This document shows, one piece after another, positions 1 through 9,175 of a DNA stretch of 54,293 nucleotides. A program made the translations under genes and the position numbers. Position 1 is the stretch's first letter, and each line of letters starts with the position of its first letter. This DNA comes from Candidatus Sericytochromatia bacterium. GTDB lineage: Bacteria > Cyanobacteriota > Sericytochromatia > S15B-MN24 > UBA4093. The stretch is taken from the NCBI GenBank assembly GCA_036676495.1, contig JAKFCT010000023.1, positions 1 to 54,293 on the forward strand, written 5' to 3'. The notes below the pieces were generated by a model that made no database searches, was not told where the DNA came from, and saw nothing but the letters and a program-made list of their open reading frames with translations.

Positions 1-1728
1 CTCGGTGGGGTTGGTGAGGTAGCCGATCTCGACCAGGCATGCGGGCATCTTGTTGTACTTCACGACCACGAAGTTGTTGCGGCGGACGCCCCGGTCGGGC
101 CGGCCGAGCTTGGCGACCAGGTGCCGGTGGACGGCCCGGGCCAGCGGCAGGGACTGGGGGGTGAAGTAGTAGGTTTCGATGCCGTTGATCTTGGGGTTGG
201 CGATGGCGTTGGTATGGATCGAGATGAAGACGTCCGAGCCGAACTCGTCTCCCATGGCCACGCGGGGGCGCAGCTGGATCTGCATGTCGTCCGTGCGGGT
301 CATCTGGACGTCCATGCCGGAGTCGCGCATGAGCTTTTGAAGCTTGAGCGCCAGGGAGAGGGTGACGTCTTTCTCTTCGGTGCCATGGGCGCCCGTGCCG
401 CCCGGATCCTCGCCGCCGTGGCCGGGGTCGATCGTGACGCGCTTGCGCTCGTCCTGGCGGTCGAGGGCCGCATCGACCGCCCGGGGGATGGCGGGGGTGG
501 GGGTGGTCTCGACGGGTTTGGGAGTCGGAGGGGCCGCGGCCACCGGAGGCCCCGCGGGGATGGGGGTGCCCGGAGGCGCCATGGCGATCACGACCGAGCG
601 CTCGGAAGCGGTCGAGCGCATGGCGAAGCCCACGTCCTGGTCCAGTTCGACGATGACCCGGAGGGTGCCCGAGCCCTGCGGCACGGAGCGGACCCGGGCG
701 ATCAAGCCGTTGTCCACGTACAGCGAATCGCGCGGCAAGTCGACCGCTCCTCCGGTGATGTCGAAGGTCAGCCGATCGGGGCGAGACGGCCCGACCAGCT
801 GGTACTGGACCTTGCCATGCGCGGTGAGGGTGAGTTGCCAGCCTTTTCCGACGCGCTTGAGGGTGAGCCCGGATTCGCCGTCCTCGAGGGGGGCCGCGGC
901 GTAGGTGGGCACCTTCGGGGATTGCTGAGCCTTCTCCTGGAAGAGGGCCCAGCGGTCGGCATGGGCTTCGTCTTTCCACGGGGTTTTCCGGCCGGGCGCA
1001 TCGATGATGAGCCGGACGGACTTGCCCTGCTGGATCAGGCGGGCCTGGCGGATCCCCAGCTTGGGGGCGGAGAGGACGCGCTTCGAGAGCCTGGGCGCGA
1101 GGGTCATGTCGCGGAAGTCGTAGACGGTGCGGCCGGTCTTCTCGACCTGGGTCTTGTGGACCGAGGCAATCGGGCGCGAGGTGCGCAGGACCAGGCGATC
1201 GCCCTCCACGGTGAAGCCGGTCACCTGGCCGGGACCGGATTGCGCGGGAGCTTTCGGCGGAGCGTGCGGCTTGCCGGCCTGGGCCACCTGGGGCTTCGGG
1301 GCGAGCGGCACGGCCGCACGCTCCGCCGCGGAGCGGTCGAGCAGGAAGGCGAGCCGGTAGTTATGCTCCGAGATCTTGAGCAGATCATGGGGGAAGGAGG
1401 CCTTCGATTCGAGGTCGAAGACCATCCGCACGGTGCCCATGTTCCACTGGGAGACCCGGACGCGGGTGATGGGGCTGTTGGGAATCGCGGGCAGGGTGAC
1501 GGTCGCTCCCCGGTAGCGGGAGTTGGGGAAGTCCACCACCCAGCGGTGGGGACCGGTCAGCGTGAAGGAGCGCGGGGTCAACGGGCCATCGGCGAAGACC
1601 ACGAGGCGTTGGCTGGCCTGGTCGTAGCCCACCAGCCGGATGAGCGTGCTGGCGGCCCAGGCGGGCCGATGAGGCAGGGCGCCGAGGAGCATGAGCAGTA
1701 CCAGGAGCCCGATCCGCAAGCGTTTCAT
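1..1728 (-). CDS. N-acetylmuramoyl-L-alanine amidase (AMIN domains + Amidase_3), 3' end outside window
   Basis: Manual translation (absent from ORF track because it runs off the edge): signal peptide MKRLRIGLLVLLMLLGA, AMIN-like RWVVDF/VRMVFDL, catalytic IDPGHGGEDPG...EKDVTL, SIHTNA, MPACLVEIGYLTNPTE. Confidence 0.9.
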   Translation of the reverse strand, partial: MKRLRIGLLVLLMLLGALPHRPAWAASTLIRLVGYDQASQRLVVFADGPLTPRSFTLTGPHRWVVDFPNSRYRGATVTLPAIPNSPITRVRVSQWNMGTVRMVFDLESKASFPHDLLKISEHNYRLAFLLDRSAAERAAVPLAPKPQVAQAGKPHAPPKAPAQSGPGQVTGFTVEGDRLVLRTSRPIASVHKTQVEKTGRTVYDFRDMTLAPRLSKRVLSAPKLGIRQARLIQQGKSVRLIIDAPGRKTPWKDEAHADRWALFQEKAQQSPKVPTYAAAPLEDGESGLTLKRVGKGWQLTLTAHGKVQYQLVGPSRPDRLTFDITGGAVDLPRDSLYVDNGLIARVRSVPQGSGTLRVIVELDQDVGFAMRSTASERSVVIAMAPPGTPIPAGPPVAAAPPTPKPVETTPTPAIPRAVDAALDRQDERKRVTIDPGHGGEDPGGTGAHGTEEKDVTLSLALKLQKLMRDSGMDVQMTRTDDMQIQLRPRVAMGDEFGSDVFISIHTNAIANPKINGIETYYFTPQSLPLARAVHRHLVAKLGRPDRGVRRNNFVVVKYNKMPACLVEIGYLTNPTE

Positions 1729-1781
1729 CCCGCCATCCTTCTCTCGGCGCCGCTGACGCCTGAAAGCACCGTCTTACCCCG

Positions 1782-2747
1782 CTAGGGCGCGGGGTAAACG
1801 GACTCCGTGGCCGGCGTCGCCGGCGCGAGCGATCCCGACGCGGGTTCGACGTTGACGACCGCGGGGCGCGGGGAACGGGCAATCTCCTGATCCTGCCGGG
1901 TCAGGCTGACCTGGCGGATGCCCTCGAACTCGGTGAGGGTCAGGGCGAAGGCCCGGACGGCTTGCTCGGACGGAGCCGGCTGATCGATCGGCCAGTGGAT
2001 GCGGGCGACTCCCTGAGAGACGCCCCCCCAGCCGATGCCCGGATCCGCCGGAACCGAGGGACCCAGGATGCCGATGAGCTCGGCTGGAGGCCCCGCGACC
2101 AGCAGCTGGAAGCTACCCTCCATGGGCTGCGTGCGGTAGGCCGGAGGCAGCGGGCGCCGCAAGGGCACCAGGTACCGCCCGTCGGCAGTGGCGTAGTAGA
2201 GCGTCACCATCAGCCCCTCCTGCGCCCCATCCAGGTAGAGGTTCTCCACCCCCGGATCGGTCGGAGAAAGCGGAGTGCTCAAATCCAGGTGCTGGCTCTC
2301 GTAGGGAGAACCTTGCCGATCGCGAAGTTGCAAACGCACCTCCCGGACCGTCCCCAGCGACGCCGCCGTCTTCACCACGGCCCCTGCGAGCAGACGCTCG
2401 CCCCCGGAGCCCATGCTACCGGGAAGCCGAAGCGAGATGTTAGCCTGTCCGTTGGAAATCCTTTGGACCTCGGCGACGGTCCCCGCCGGAAGCGTCGCCT
2501 GCAGCCCCGCGGGAGCCTGCGTCAACGCCGTCAACAGTTCCGTGAGCGCTTTCGCGTCGTCACGCGGCAATGCGCGCTCGCCTGACACCGGAATCAGGTA
2601 CATCGCCTGGGGATCCGTGTAGTAAAGCGTATAGGCCTTTTCTTCGCTCCGGTTCGCCCACCAGCCCCAGCCCGCCAGCCCCGCGAGGAGCAGCAGCACC
2701 ACCAGCCCGATCCCGACCCGAGCGCGTTTGCGCGTACGACGACTCAT
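1782..2747 (-). CDS. GerMN (sporulation/germination) domain membrane-anchored protein, two GerMN repeats
   Basis: N-terminal TM helix; two LYY...YL(I/V)P(V/L) segments each followed by a GerMN-like fold; directly upstream of the amidase. Confidence 0.75.
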   Translation of the reverse strand: MSRRTRKRARVGIGLVVLLLLAGLAGWGWWANRSEEKAYTLYYTDPQAMYLIPVSGERALPRDDAKALTELLTALTQAPAGLQATLPAGTVAEVQRISNGQANISLRLPGSMGSGGERLLAGAVVKTAASLGTVREVRLQLRDRQGSPYESQHLDLSTPLSPTDPGVENLYLDGAQEGLMVTLYYATADGRYLVPLRRPLPPAYRTQPMEGSFQLLVAGPPAELIGILGPSVPADPGIGWGGVSQGVARIHWPIDQPAPSEQAVRAFALTLTEFEGIRQVSLTRQDQEIARSPRPAVVNVEPASGSLAPATPATESVYPAP

Positions 2748-2857
2748 GCCCCCACCCTAGCGCGAAGGCCACTGCCGATGCAGTGACCTTCGCACGATTT
2801 TCCTGAGGGGCGCCGCGCCGGCAGGCCGCTTCGCGACCTCGGCAGGAGGCTCGGGGG

Positions 2858-3619
2858 CTAGACCGCCTCGAGCTCCGCTTCCAGCGCCTCGGCCAGATCG
2901 TAGTTGGCCGCCACCCGCTGCACATCGTCGAGATCGTCCAGCCGCTCCATCATCCGGAGCACCTTCTTGGCCACGTCGGCCTCCGTGATCTCCTGAAGGT
3001 TCGACGGCACGTCCGTCACCTCGGAGGCCCCCACGGCGTAACCCGCCGCCAGGATCGCCTCCTGGACCTTCTCGAGGCCCGCAGGCTCGGTTAGGATCTC
3101 GAACGCGTCGCCATGCGCGATCACGTCCAGGGCGCCGGCTTCCAGGGCGACCATCATCAGATCGTCCTCGTTCACCGTCCCCTCCTCGTCCGGCACCAGG
3201 ATCTGCCCCCGCTCGTCGAACATCCAGCCGACGCAGCCGGTTTCGCCCAGGTTGCCGCCGAACTTGGTGAAGACCGCGCGCAGATCGCCCGCCGTGCGGT
3301 TCCGGTTGTCCGTCAGGGCCCGGATCAGCACCGCCACGCCGCCGGGACCGTAGCCCTCGTAGCGCAGCTCCTCGAGGGCGTCGCCCCCCTCGGCTCCCGA
3401 TCCCTTGGCGATCGCCCGCTTGATGTTGTCGTTGGGCACCCCGGCCGCCTTGGCCCGGTCGATGGCTTGACGCAACCGGAAGTTCCCCTCCGGGTGCGGG
3501 CCCCCGTGCCGCGCCGCCACGATGATCTCACGGCTCATCTTGGTGAAGACCGCCCCGCGCTGCGCGTCGACCTTCGCCTTCGTCCGCTTGATGTTCGCCC
3601 ATTTCGAATGGCCTGCGAT
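2858..3619 (-). CDS. yebC: YebC/PmpR family protein; apparent ATC start codon
   Basis: Extending the ORF-track frame gives (ATC)AGHSKWANIKRTK..., the conserved family N-terminus; YEGYGPGG, TDNRNRT, DDVQRV motifs; AGGAGG 8 nt upstream; in-frame TGA two codons upstream. Confidence 0.92.
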   Translation of the reverse strand: MAGHSKWANIKRTKAKVDAQRGAVFTKMSREIIVAARHGGPHPEGNFRLRQAIDRAKAAGVPNDNIKRAIAKGSGAEGGDALEELRYEGYGPGGVAVLIRALTDNRNRTAGDLRAVFTKFGGNLGETGCVGWMFDERGQILVPDEEGTVNEDDLMMVALEAGALDVIAHGDAFEILTEPAGLEKVQEAILAAGYAVGASEVTDVPSNLQEITEADVAKKVLRMMERLDDLDDVQRVAANYDLAEALEAELEAV

Positions 3620-3809
3620 GAGTCATCCCTCCTTGGTAGCGCCTCGCTTCCCTTCTTTAATATGCGGGGAGCGGGCGCTGGAATTTTCTTTCAGTATAAC
3701 ATTCGGCCATGCTTACCGAAAAGGCCGCCATTCTTGAGCTTTCCCCTCCGTCTTCCCCCCTGGGCATGGGCCTTGGCAAAATTTTTTTCCTGAAAAGACC
3801 CTTGACCCC

Positions 3810-3838
3810 TTGCTTTTTCAAGCAGGGGTTTCTATAAT
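3810..3838 (+). promoter_or_regulatory. sigma-70 promoter of hup, overlapped by an inverted repeat
   Basis: TTGCTT-N17-TATAAT; dyad ACCCCtTGCTT-tttc-AAGCAGGGGT covers the -35 and spacer. Confidence 0.65.
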
Positions 3839-3911
3839 CCTTTCAAAGTTCATTAAACTTTGTTGCGCTTCACACTCGGATCCAGTCAGGGTCCCACACG
3901 AGGAGGATTTC

Positions 3912-4223
3912 ATGAACAAAGAGGAACTGATCAAGGCCATCTCCACCAAGGCCAAGGTCTCGCAGAAGGAGGCCGGTGAGTGCCTCAACGCGACCATCGA
4001 GGCCATCAGCCAGGCGCTCGCCCGGGGTCACAAGGTCACGCTCGTTGGCTTTGGCACCTTCCAGGTCCGCCAGCGCGCCGCCCGCGAGGGCCGCAACCCC
4101 CGCACCGGCGCCGTCCTGAAGATTCCTGCCAAGAAGTCCCCCGTCTGGACCGCCGGCAAGAACCTCAAGGAGCGCATCGAAGGCAAGCGCAAGCAGCTCG
4201 CCGGCTCTGGCCGCGGCCGCTAA
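3912..4223 (+). CDS. hup: DNA-binding protein HU
   Basis: MNKEELIKAI...VTLVGFGTFQVRQRAAREGRNPRTG; AGGAGG SD before ATG 3912. Confidence 0.96.
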   Translation: MNKEELIKAISTKAKVSQKEAGECLNATIEAISQALARGHKVTLVGFGTFQVRQRAAREGRNPRTGAVLKIPAKKSPVWTAGKNLKERIEGKRKQLAGSGRGR

Positions 4224-4240
4224 GCCCCTCTTCAAGAGCT

Positions 4241-4273
4241 AGGAGGCCCGGCATCCGCCAGGCCTCCTTTTTT
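4241..4273 (+). terminator. Rho-independent terminator after hup
   Basis: AGGAGGCC...GGCCTCCT stem followed by a T-tract. Confidence 0.8.
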
Positions 4274-4321
4274 ATGTCGCGTAACAGCTTCACAACTCGA
4301 TACGATCGTACGCTGGATTTA

Positions 4322-6409
4322 TTACGCTTGTTTAACGTTCGCTTCTTCCTTCAGCACTTTCTCGGCGAGGGGCCCGGGAAGCTCCTGGTAATGCGAGAAG
4401 CTCGATTCCAGCGTCCCCTGCCCGCGGCTGAAGCTCTGGAGGCTGCGCACGAAACCCGCGAGCTCCGCCAGCGGCATCTTCGCATGGATGGTCGTGCCCT
4501 CCAGGCTCTCGACATGGGCGCGATGGCTGTTGAGCTCTCCCATGGCGTCCCCCAGGCGCTCCTCGGGAAGCGTGACGCTGAGATCCAGGATGGGCTCCAG
4601 GAGCAGCGGCTTGGCCTCCATGAAGATCTTCTTCATGGCCAGGTGTGCGGCCGTCTTGAAGGCCATCTCCGAGGAGTCCACCGAGTGGAAGGAGCCGTCG
4701 TAGAGGGTCACCTTGACGTCGACGATCGGGTAGCCGGCCAAGATCCCTTGCTCGAGCATCTCGCGGACGCCCTTCTCCACGGCGGGGATGAAGGAGCGCG
4801 GCACGGCTCCTCCGACCACCGCATCGACGAATTCGAAGCCCGCGCCTCTCGGCAAAGGCTCGATGGAAAGCCAGACGTCCCCGTACTGCCCGCGTCCACC
4901 GGTTTGCTTCTTGTGCTTGCCCTGCCCCTTGGCCTTCCCTGCCACCGTCTCCCGGTAGGGAATCTGGGGCTCGGAGGTCTTCACGTCCAGGTTGTAGCGG
5001 TTGAGCAGCCGGGAGAGCACGACCTCCAGGTGCAGCTGCCCCTGGCCGGATAGCACCGTTCGGTGAGTCTTGGGCTCCACCGAGACCTTGAGCGCCGGAT
5101 CCTCCTCCTTGAGCTTGGCGAGGCTGATGGCGAGCTTGGCCTCGTCCCCCTTGGATTGGGGAGCGATCGCCACCGAGAAGATGGCCTGGGGCAGCTCGGG
5201 AACCGGATACTGGAGGTTGCGCGCGGCGTGCGCGCCGGCGAGCAGCGTATCTCCCGTCTGGACTTCCTTGAGTTTCGCCACCGCCCCGATGTCCCCGGCG
5301 ATCAGCCGATCCACCGGAACGGGCTTCTTGCCCACGAGCTTGACGAGCCGGCCGATGCGCTCATCCGAGCCGCGCTGCGGGTCGCGCACGTGATCCTCCG
5401 CGGCGATCGCCCCCGAGCGCACCCGGAAGAGCGAGATCTTGCCGAGGTACGGATCCTGCATGGTCTTGAAGACCAGGGCCGAAAACGGCGCCTCCCGCGT
5501 CGCAGGAAGCGTCTCCGGGCGGTCGCGATCGACGTCCCGGATCGCAAACGCTTCCCGCTCCACGGGAGCGGGAAGCAAGTCCACGATCGCATCCAGCAGC
5601 GGCCGGATGGCCAGGTTGGCCTTGGCGGAGCCGCAGAGGACCGGCAGCAGCTTCCCTGCGCGGATATCCGTCCTGAGGGCCTGACTCAGTTCGGATCCCG
5701 AGGGCTCCTCGCCTCCCAGGTAGCGCTCGAGCAGCTGATCGTCGAGCTCGGCGACCGCCTCGACCAGCTGCATCCGGTAACGCGTGACCGCCTCTTGCAG
5801 CTCCGCGGGCATGCTTTCGGAGACCTCCGTCACCTGCCCCGAGTCGGGAGCGAAGTACCACGTCCGCATGCCGACCAGATCCACGTCCCCCTTGAAGCCG
5901 CTGCCATTCCCGACCGGCAGCTCCAGCGGCACGGCATGGACGTCCAGGCGATCGCGGATCTGCTCGAGGATCGCGTCGTACGGCTGAACCTGCTCGGCAT
6001 CCACGCCGTTGATGAAGACCATCACCGGCAAGCCGGCCTCGCGAGCCAGCCCGTAAAGTTTCCGGGTGTTGGCGTCCACCCCCTTGCCCGCATCCACCAC
6101 CAGCAGGGCCGCATCCGCCGCCAACAGCGCCAGGCGGGTCTCGACCCCGAAGTCGCTGAGTCCGGGGGTGTCGATCAGGTGGAGCACGTGGTCGCGCCAC
6201 GTCCCCGTCCCCACCGCCGCCATCACCGAGATGCCCCTCAGGATCGCTTCCGAGTCGAAGTCCGTGGTGGTGCTTCCCTCCTCGACCCGTCCCCGCTGCG
6301 GGATCATGGCCATGTCGAAGAGCATGGCCTCCACGAGCGTGGTCTTGCCGACCCCCGCGGGACCCAGGACGACGACGTTCCGAATACGGCCCGGGTCGGG
6401 ACTCGACAC
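4322..6409 (-). CDS. Elongation factor G-like protein (EF-G2 type) with degenerate GTPase motifs
   Basis: Five-domain EF-G architecture (GQGQLHLEV, PYRETV, KKQTGGRGQYG, DGSFHSVDSSEMAF, LLEPI); G motifs GPAGVGKTT/RGISV/DTPGL/NGVD; GTG start at 6409 after GGAGGG. Confidence 0.88.
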   Translation of the reverse strand: MSSPDPGRIRNVVVLGPAGVGKTTLVEAMLFDMAMIPQRGRVEEGSTTTDFDSEAILRGISVMAAVGTGTWRDHVLHLIDTPGLSDFGVETRLALLAADAALLVVDAGKGVDANTRKLYGLAREAGLPVMVFINGVDAEQVQPYDAILEQIRDRLDVHAVPLELPVGNGSGFKGDVDLVGMRTWYFAPDSGQVTEVSESMPAELQEAVTRYRMQLVEAVAELDDQLLERYLGGEEPSGSELSQALRTDIRAGKLLPVLCGSAKANLAIRPLLDAIVDLLPAPVEREAFAIRDVDRDRPETLPATREAPFSALVFKTMQDPYLGKISLFRVRSGAIAAEDHVRDPQRGSDERIGRLVKLVGKKPVPVDRLIAGDIGAVAKLKEVQTGDTLLAGAHAARNLQYPVPELPQAIFSVAIAPQSKGDEAKLAISLAKLKEEDPALKVSVEPKTHRTVLSGQGQLHLEVVLSRLLNRYNLDVKTSEPQIPYRETVAGKAKGQGKHKKQTGGRGQYGDVWLSIEPLPRGAGFEFVDAVVGGAVPRSFIPAVEKGVREMLEQGILAGYPIVDVKVTLYDGSFHSVDSSEMAFKTAAHLAMKKIFMEAKPLLLEPILDLSVTLPEERLGDAMGELNSHRAHVESLEGTTIHAKMPLAELAGFVRSLQSFSRGQGTLESSFSHYQELPGPLAEKVLKEEANVKQA

Positions 6410-6734
6410 CGGATGGCCCTCCCCCTTGCCCCCCATGCTTCGCGCATCCATCGCTTCTCGCCTCCTTCCAGGCCGAAAGCCTCGGCCCGTGCGCGTTTTC
6501 AGCCCCCCGTGAGCTTGCCCGCTTGGAAGGGCTGCTCTTTCCGCCATCTTGTGGGGGACCTCCTTCGTTGCCTAGCGGTGGACTGCCTGAAACACTCGTC
6601 GATCTTGACCTAGCGCCCGCGGTTGGATTCGAGTCTCCCGCCTGCGGGTATGAATCGCATTGCCCCCTTCCCTTGCGGGAGCCCGGGGCTCACGGTAGGA
6701 TCCCTGATCGGATCCTGCCCAGCAAAGGGACAGC

Positions 6735-7919
6735 ATGAAGAAGCGTATTCTGGTGATTTACGAGACCGCCGGGGGCGGTCACCTCTCCAACGCCCGGGCC
6801 ATCGAAGCGGCCTGCAAGCAAAAATACCCCGACTCCGAGATCGTCCTGATGCACGTCTCGGTCGCCGCCAAGAGCCAGCGCGTCGCCGCCCTCTACGACG
6901 GCTACAACCGCCTGCTCAAGTTCGATCCCCGGATCGTCAAGTACGGCTACACCCTCCTCAACTCGATCAACGCCGAGAAGATCTTCCTCCCCCTCATGCC
7001 CAAGGTCTCTCGGAACCTCGAGGACGCCTTCTACGAGATCAAGCCCGACGTCATCGTCTCCGTCTTCGGCATGGTCAACTACGCCGTCTGGGACGTCCTC
7101 AAGAACCTCGGCTGGGCCCACCATGTCCCGTTCCTGATCTTCGTCACGGACATGACCACGTCCTTCCTGCGCAGCTGGGTGCATCCCGAGGCCGACATGA
7201 TGATCGCCATGTTGCCCGAGACCAAGCAGCAGCTGGTCGCGTACGGCATGCCCGAGGAGCGGATTCGCGTCCTCAACGGCCTTCCCGTCAATCCCGGCTT
7301 CATCAAACCCCCCATTCCCAAGGCCGACGCCCGGCGCGAGCTGGGCATGGCCCTCGATCGCTTCACGGTGCTCGTCACCATGGGGGGCGTCGCCAACAAG
7401 AACACCGTCCGCTTCACCAAGGAGCTCGCCAGCTCCGGCCTGCCGCTTCAGGTCATCGTGGTCTGCGGCCGAAATGCCAGCCTGAAGCGCAAGATGGACC
7501 GCATCGCCGCCCACTCGCGCGCCCCCATCAAGGTCCTGGGCTTCACCGACAAGATGCCCCTCCTCATGGACGCCTCCGACCTCGCGATTTCCAAGCCCGG
7601 CCCCGGCACCATCGCCGAGCTGGTCCACAAGGAAATCCCCATGTTGATCGACGATATCTTCGACCCCATGCCCCAGGAGCGGGGGAACCTGGACTTCGTC
7701 ATCGCCAAGGGCATCGGCCTTCCCATCACGCGCGACGCATCCGTCGCGGGCATGGTCCGCGACATGATGACCGATCCGGTCCGTTACGAGCAGTTCCGAG
7801 CCGCCGCGCGGGCCATCAAGAACGACCGGGCCGTCTTCGACCTGGTGGACCTCATCATGAGCTTCGTGCCCGAGGCCAAGCTCACGCCGCCCTCAGGCAC
7901 CTCCCTCTCGAGGGGCTGA
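6735..7919 (+). CDS. GT28 diacylglycerol glycosyltransferase (MGDG synthase/UgtP-like)
   Basis: AGGGH motif, FVTD, GLPV, VVCGRN, LGFTDKM...SDLAISKPGPGT. Confidence 0.85.
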   Translation: MKKRILVIYETAGGGHLSNARAIEAACKQKYPDSEIVLMHVSVAAKSQRVAALYDGYNRLLKFDPRIVKYGYTLLNSINAEKIFLPLMPKVSRNLEDAFYEIKPDVIVSVFGMVNYAVWDVLKNLGWAHHVPFLIFVTDMTTSFLRSWVHPEADMMIAMLPETKQQLVAYGMPEERIRVLNGLPVNPGFIKPPIPKADARRELGMALDRFTVLVTMGGVANKNTVRFTKELASSGLPLQVIVVCGRNASLKRKMDRIAAHSRAPIKVLGFTDKMPLLMDASDLAISKPGPGTIAELVHKEIPMLIDDIFDPMPQERGNLDFVIAKGIGLPITRDASVAGMVRDMMTDPVRYEQFRAAARAIKNDRAVFDLVDLIMSFVPEAKLTPPSGTSLSRG

Positions 7920-7923
7920 CGGC

Positions 7924-7957
7924 TTCGGGCCTCCCGGCGATCGCCGGGAGGCCCGAA
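7924..7957. terminator. Perfect 34-bp palindrome between convergent genes (bidirectional terminator)
   Basis: TTCGGGCCTCCCGGCGA|TCGCCGGGAGGCCCGAA, centred on a GCGATCGC site. Confidence 0.7.
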
Positions 7958-7989
7958 TTCTCTTCTTAGTGCTACGGGTGCTGGCCGCC

Positions 7990-8029
7990 CTCGACTCCGT
8001 CGCTCGACTCCATCGCTTCGGCTCAGTCG
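7990..8029. repeat. Three imperfect 13-14 nt tandem repeats
   Basis: ctcgactccgtcg / ctcgactccatcg / cttcggctcagtcg. Confidence 0.5.
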
Positions 8030-9108
8030 AAAAGGCTGCCGATTTGACGTCCCAGCCAGCGCACGCCGCCGACCACCTGATCCGCGACCTCTTCCGCCCC
8101 CTGGCCGATCGTCTGGATGCCCGTCTTGACGTGCTGGGCCATCACCTCCGGCAGATCCGTGATCCCCGGATTGCCTTCCCAGGGCTCTTCTCCGAACAAC
8201 GATCCCACGCCGTTGACCAGCGACGTCGCGAGCAGGACCGGGACGCTCAGGACCGGCGCCACCACGGTCTGGGTCACGCCGCGCGGGATCTTCCCGAGCC
8301 CGACCGAAACTCCGGCCTGCGCTTCGCCTCCCAAGCCCGCTGCCGCTCCGACTCCCGCTCCGACCGAGAGCTTCCCGTCTCGAAAGCCGATCGAACCCAG
8401 AAAGGACGAGGCCGCTCCGGCCAGGGCTTTCAACGAGCCGGATCCACCTACTTCGATCAAGCCCAGGAGGGAGGCTCCGCCTGAGGCGTGGCTGCGGACG
8501 CCGGCGGCCGCGTCGGTGCGCGCCGCGGCTCCGAGCGAGAAGGCCGGCAGTCCCAGCGAGTCGATGCCGAGCCAGGCTCTCCCGTGGGCGCTGGCTTCGG
8601 CGCTGGCCTCGGCGGCGATGCCCGCGGTGCCGTGGGCCTGTAGGATGCCCAGGTTGGCGCTTCCGGTGGCTTGTGCGGCGATCTGCGCCTTGGCGGCGGC
8701 TCCGGCCGACGCTTCCACCCCGATCGACTGTTCTCCAATAACGGCGCGGCCTTCCACGTGGGTCGTGGCGCCCAGGCTGGCGTTGGCGGTCATCGCGGCG
8801 CTGAGGACGCCCAGCGCTTGGGCCGTGACGGTGGTTTGGGCTTGCATCAGCCCGGTGGCCTCGGCGGAGAAGGAGGCTTCGGTACGTCCCGGTTGCGCGG
8901 TGATCTGGCCCGCGGCGCGCGCATGACCGTAGGCGACCGCGGAGGCCACGCCCTGGACGGAGACGGGGCCGAGGTCGCGCTGGATCGCCGTGGCACGCTG
9001 CGCGAGGCCGCGCCGCTCGACCTCTCCGGAGATCGTGCGGCTCTGTGCCAGCGCATGCAAGCGTTGATGCAGGGGATGAGGTCCCGGGGGGACCGCGCGA
9101 ATGGCCAT
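8023..9108 (-). CDS. Hypothetical Ala/Gly-rich protein with repeated beta-strand-like segments
   Basis: AGGAGG SD 5 nt before ATG 9108; repeats such as VEASAGAAAKA, AEASAEASAHG, VGAGVGAAAGLGGE; hydrophobic segment near the C-terminus. Confidence 0.7.
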   Translation of the reverse strand: MAIRAVPPGPHPLHQRLHALAQSRTISGEVERRGLAQRATAIQRDLGPVSVQGVASAVAYGHARAAGQITAQPGRTEASFSAEATGLMQAQTTVTAQALGVLSAAMTANASLGATTHVEGRAVIGEQSIGVEASAGAAAKAQIAAQATGSANLGILQAHGTAGIAAEASAEASAHGRAWLGIDSLGLPAFSLGAAARTDAAAGVRSHASGGASLLGLIEVGGSGSLKALAGAASSFLGSIGFRDGKLSVGAGVGAAAGLGGEAQAGVSVGLGKIPRGVTQTVVAPVLSVPVLLATSLVNGVGSLFGEEPWEGNPGITDLPEVMAQHVKTGIQTIGQGAEEVADQVVGGVRWLGRQIGSLFD

Positions 9109-9175
9109 GACCACCTCCTGATCCGGTTATCGCCGGGGGAGGTCGCGGCCGGGTAAACGGAGCGCTAAGCTTCCT

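Noticed and set aside
121-1785. Long antisense or alternate-frame ORFs (also 5063-6613, 17913-19544, 19462-21366, 25719-27335, 31082-32539, 43486-46035)
   Set aside because: Shadow ORFs of high-GC genes; the opposite strand carries recognisable protein families
6626-6648. tRNA fragment (GGATTCGAGTCTCCC, T-arm-like)
   Set aside because: No cloverleaf, acceptor stem or anticodon arm can be built
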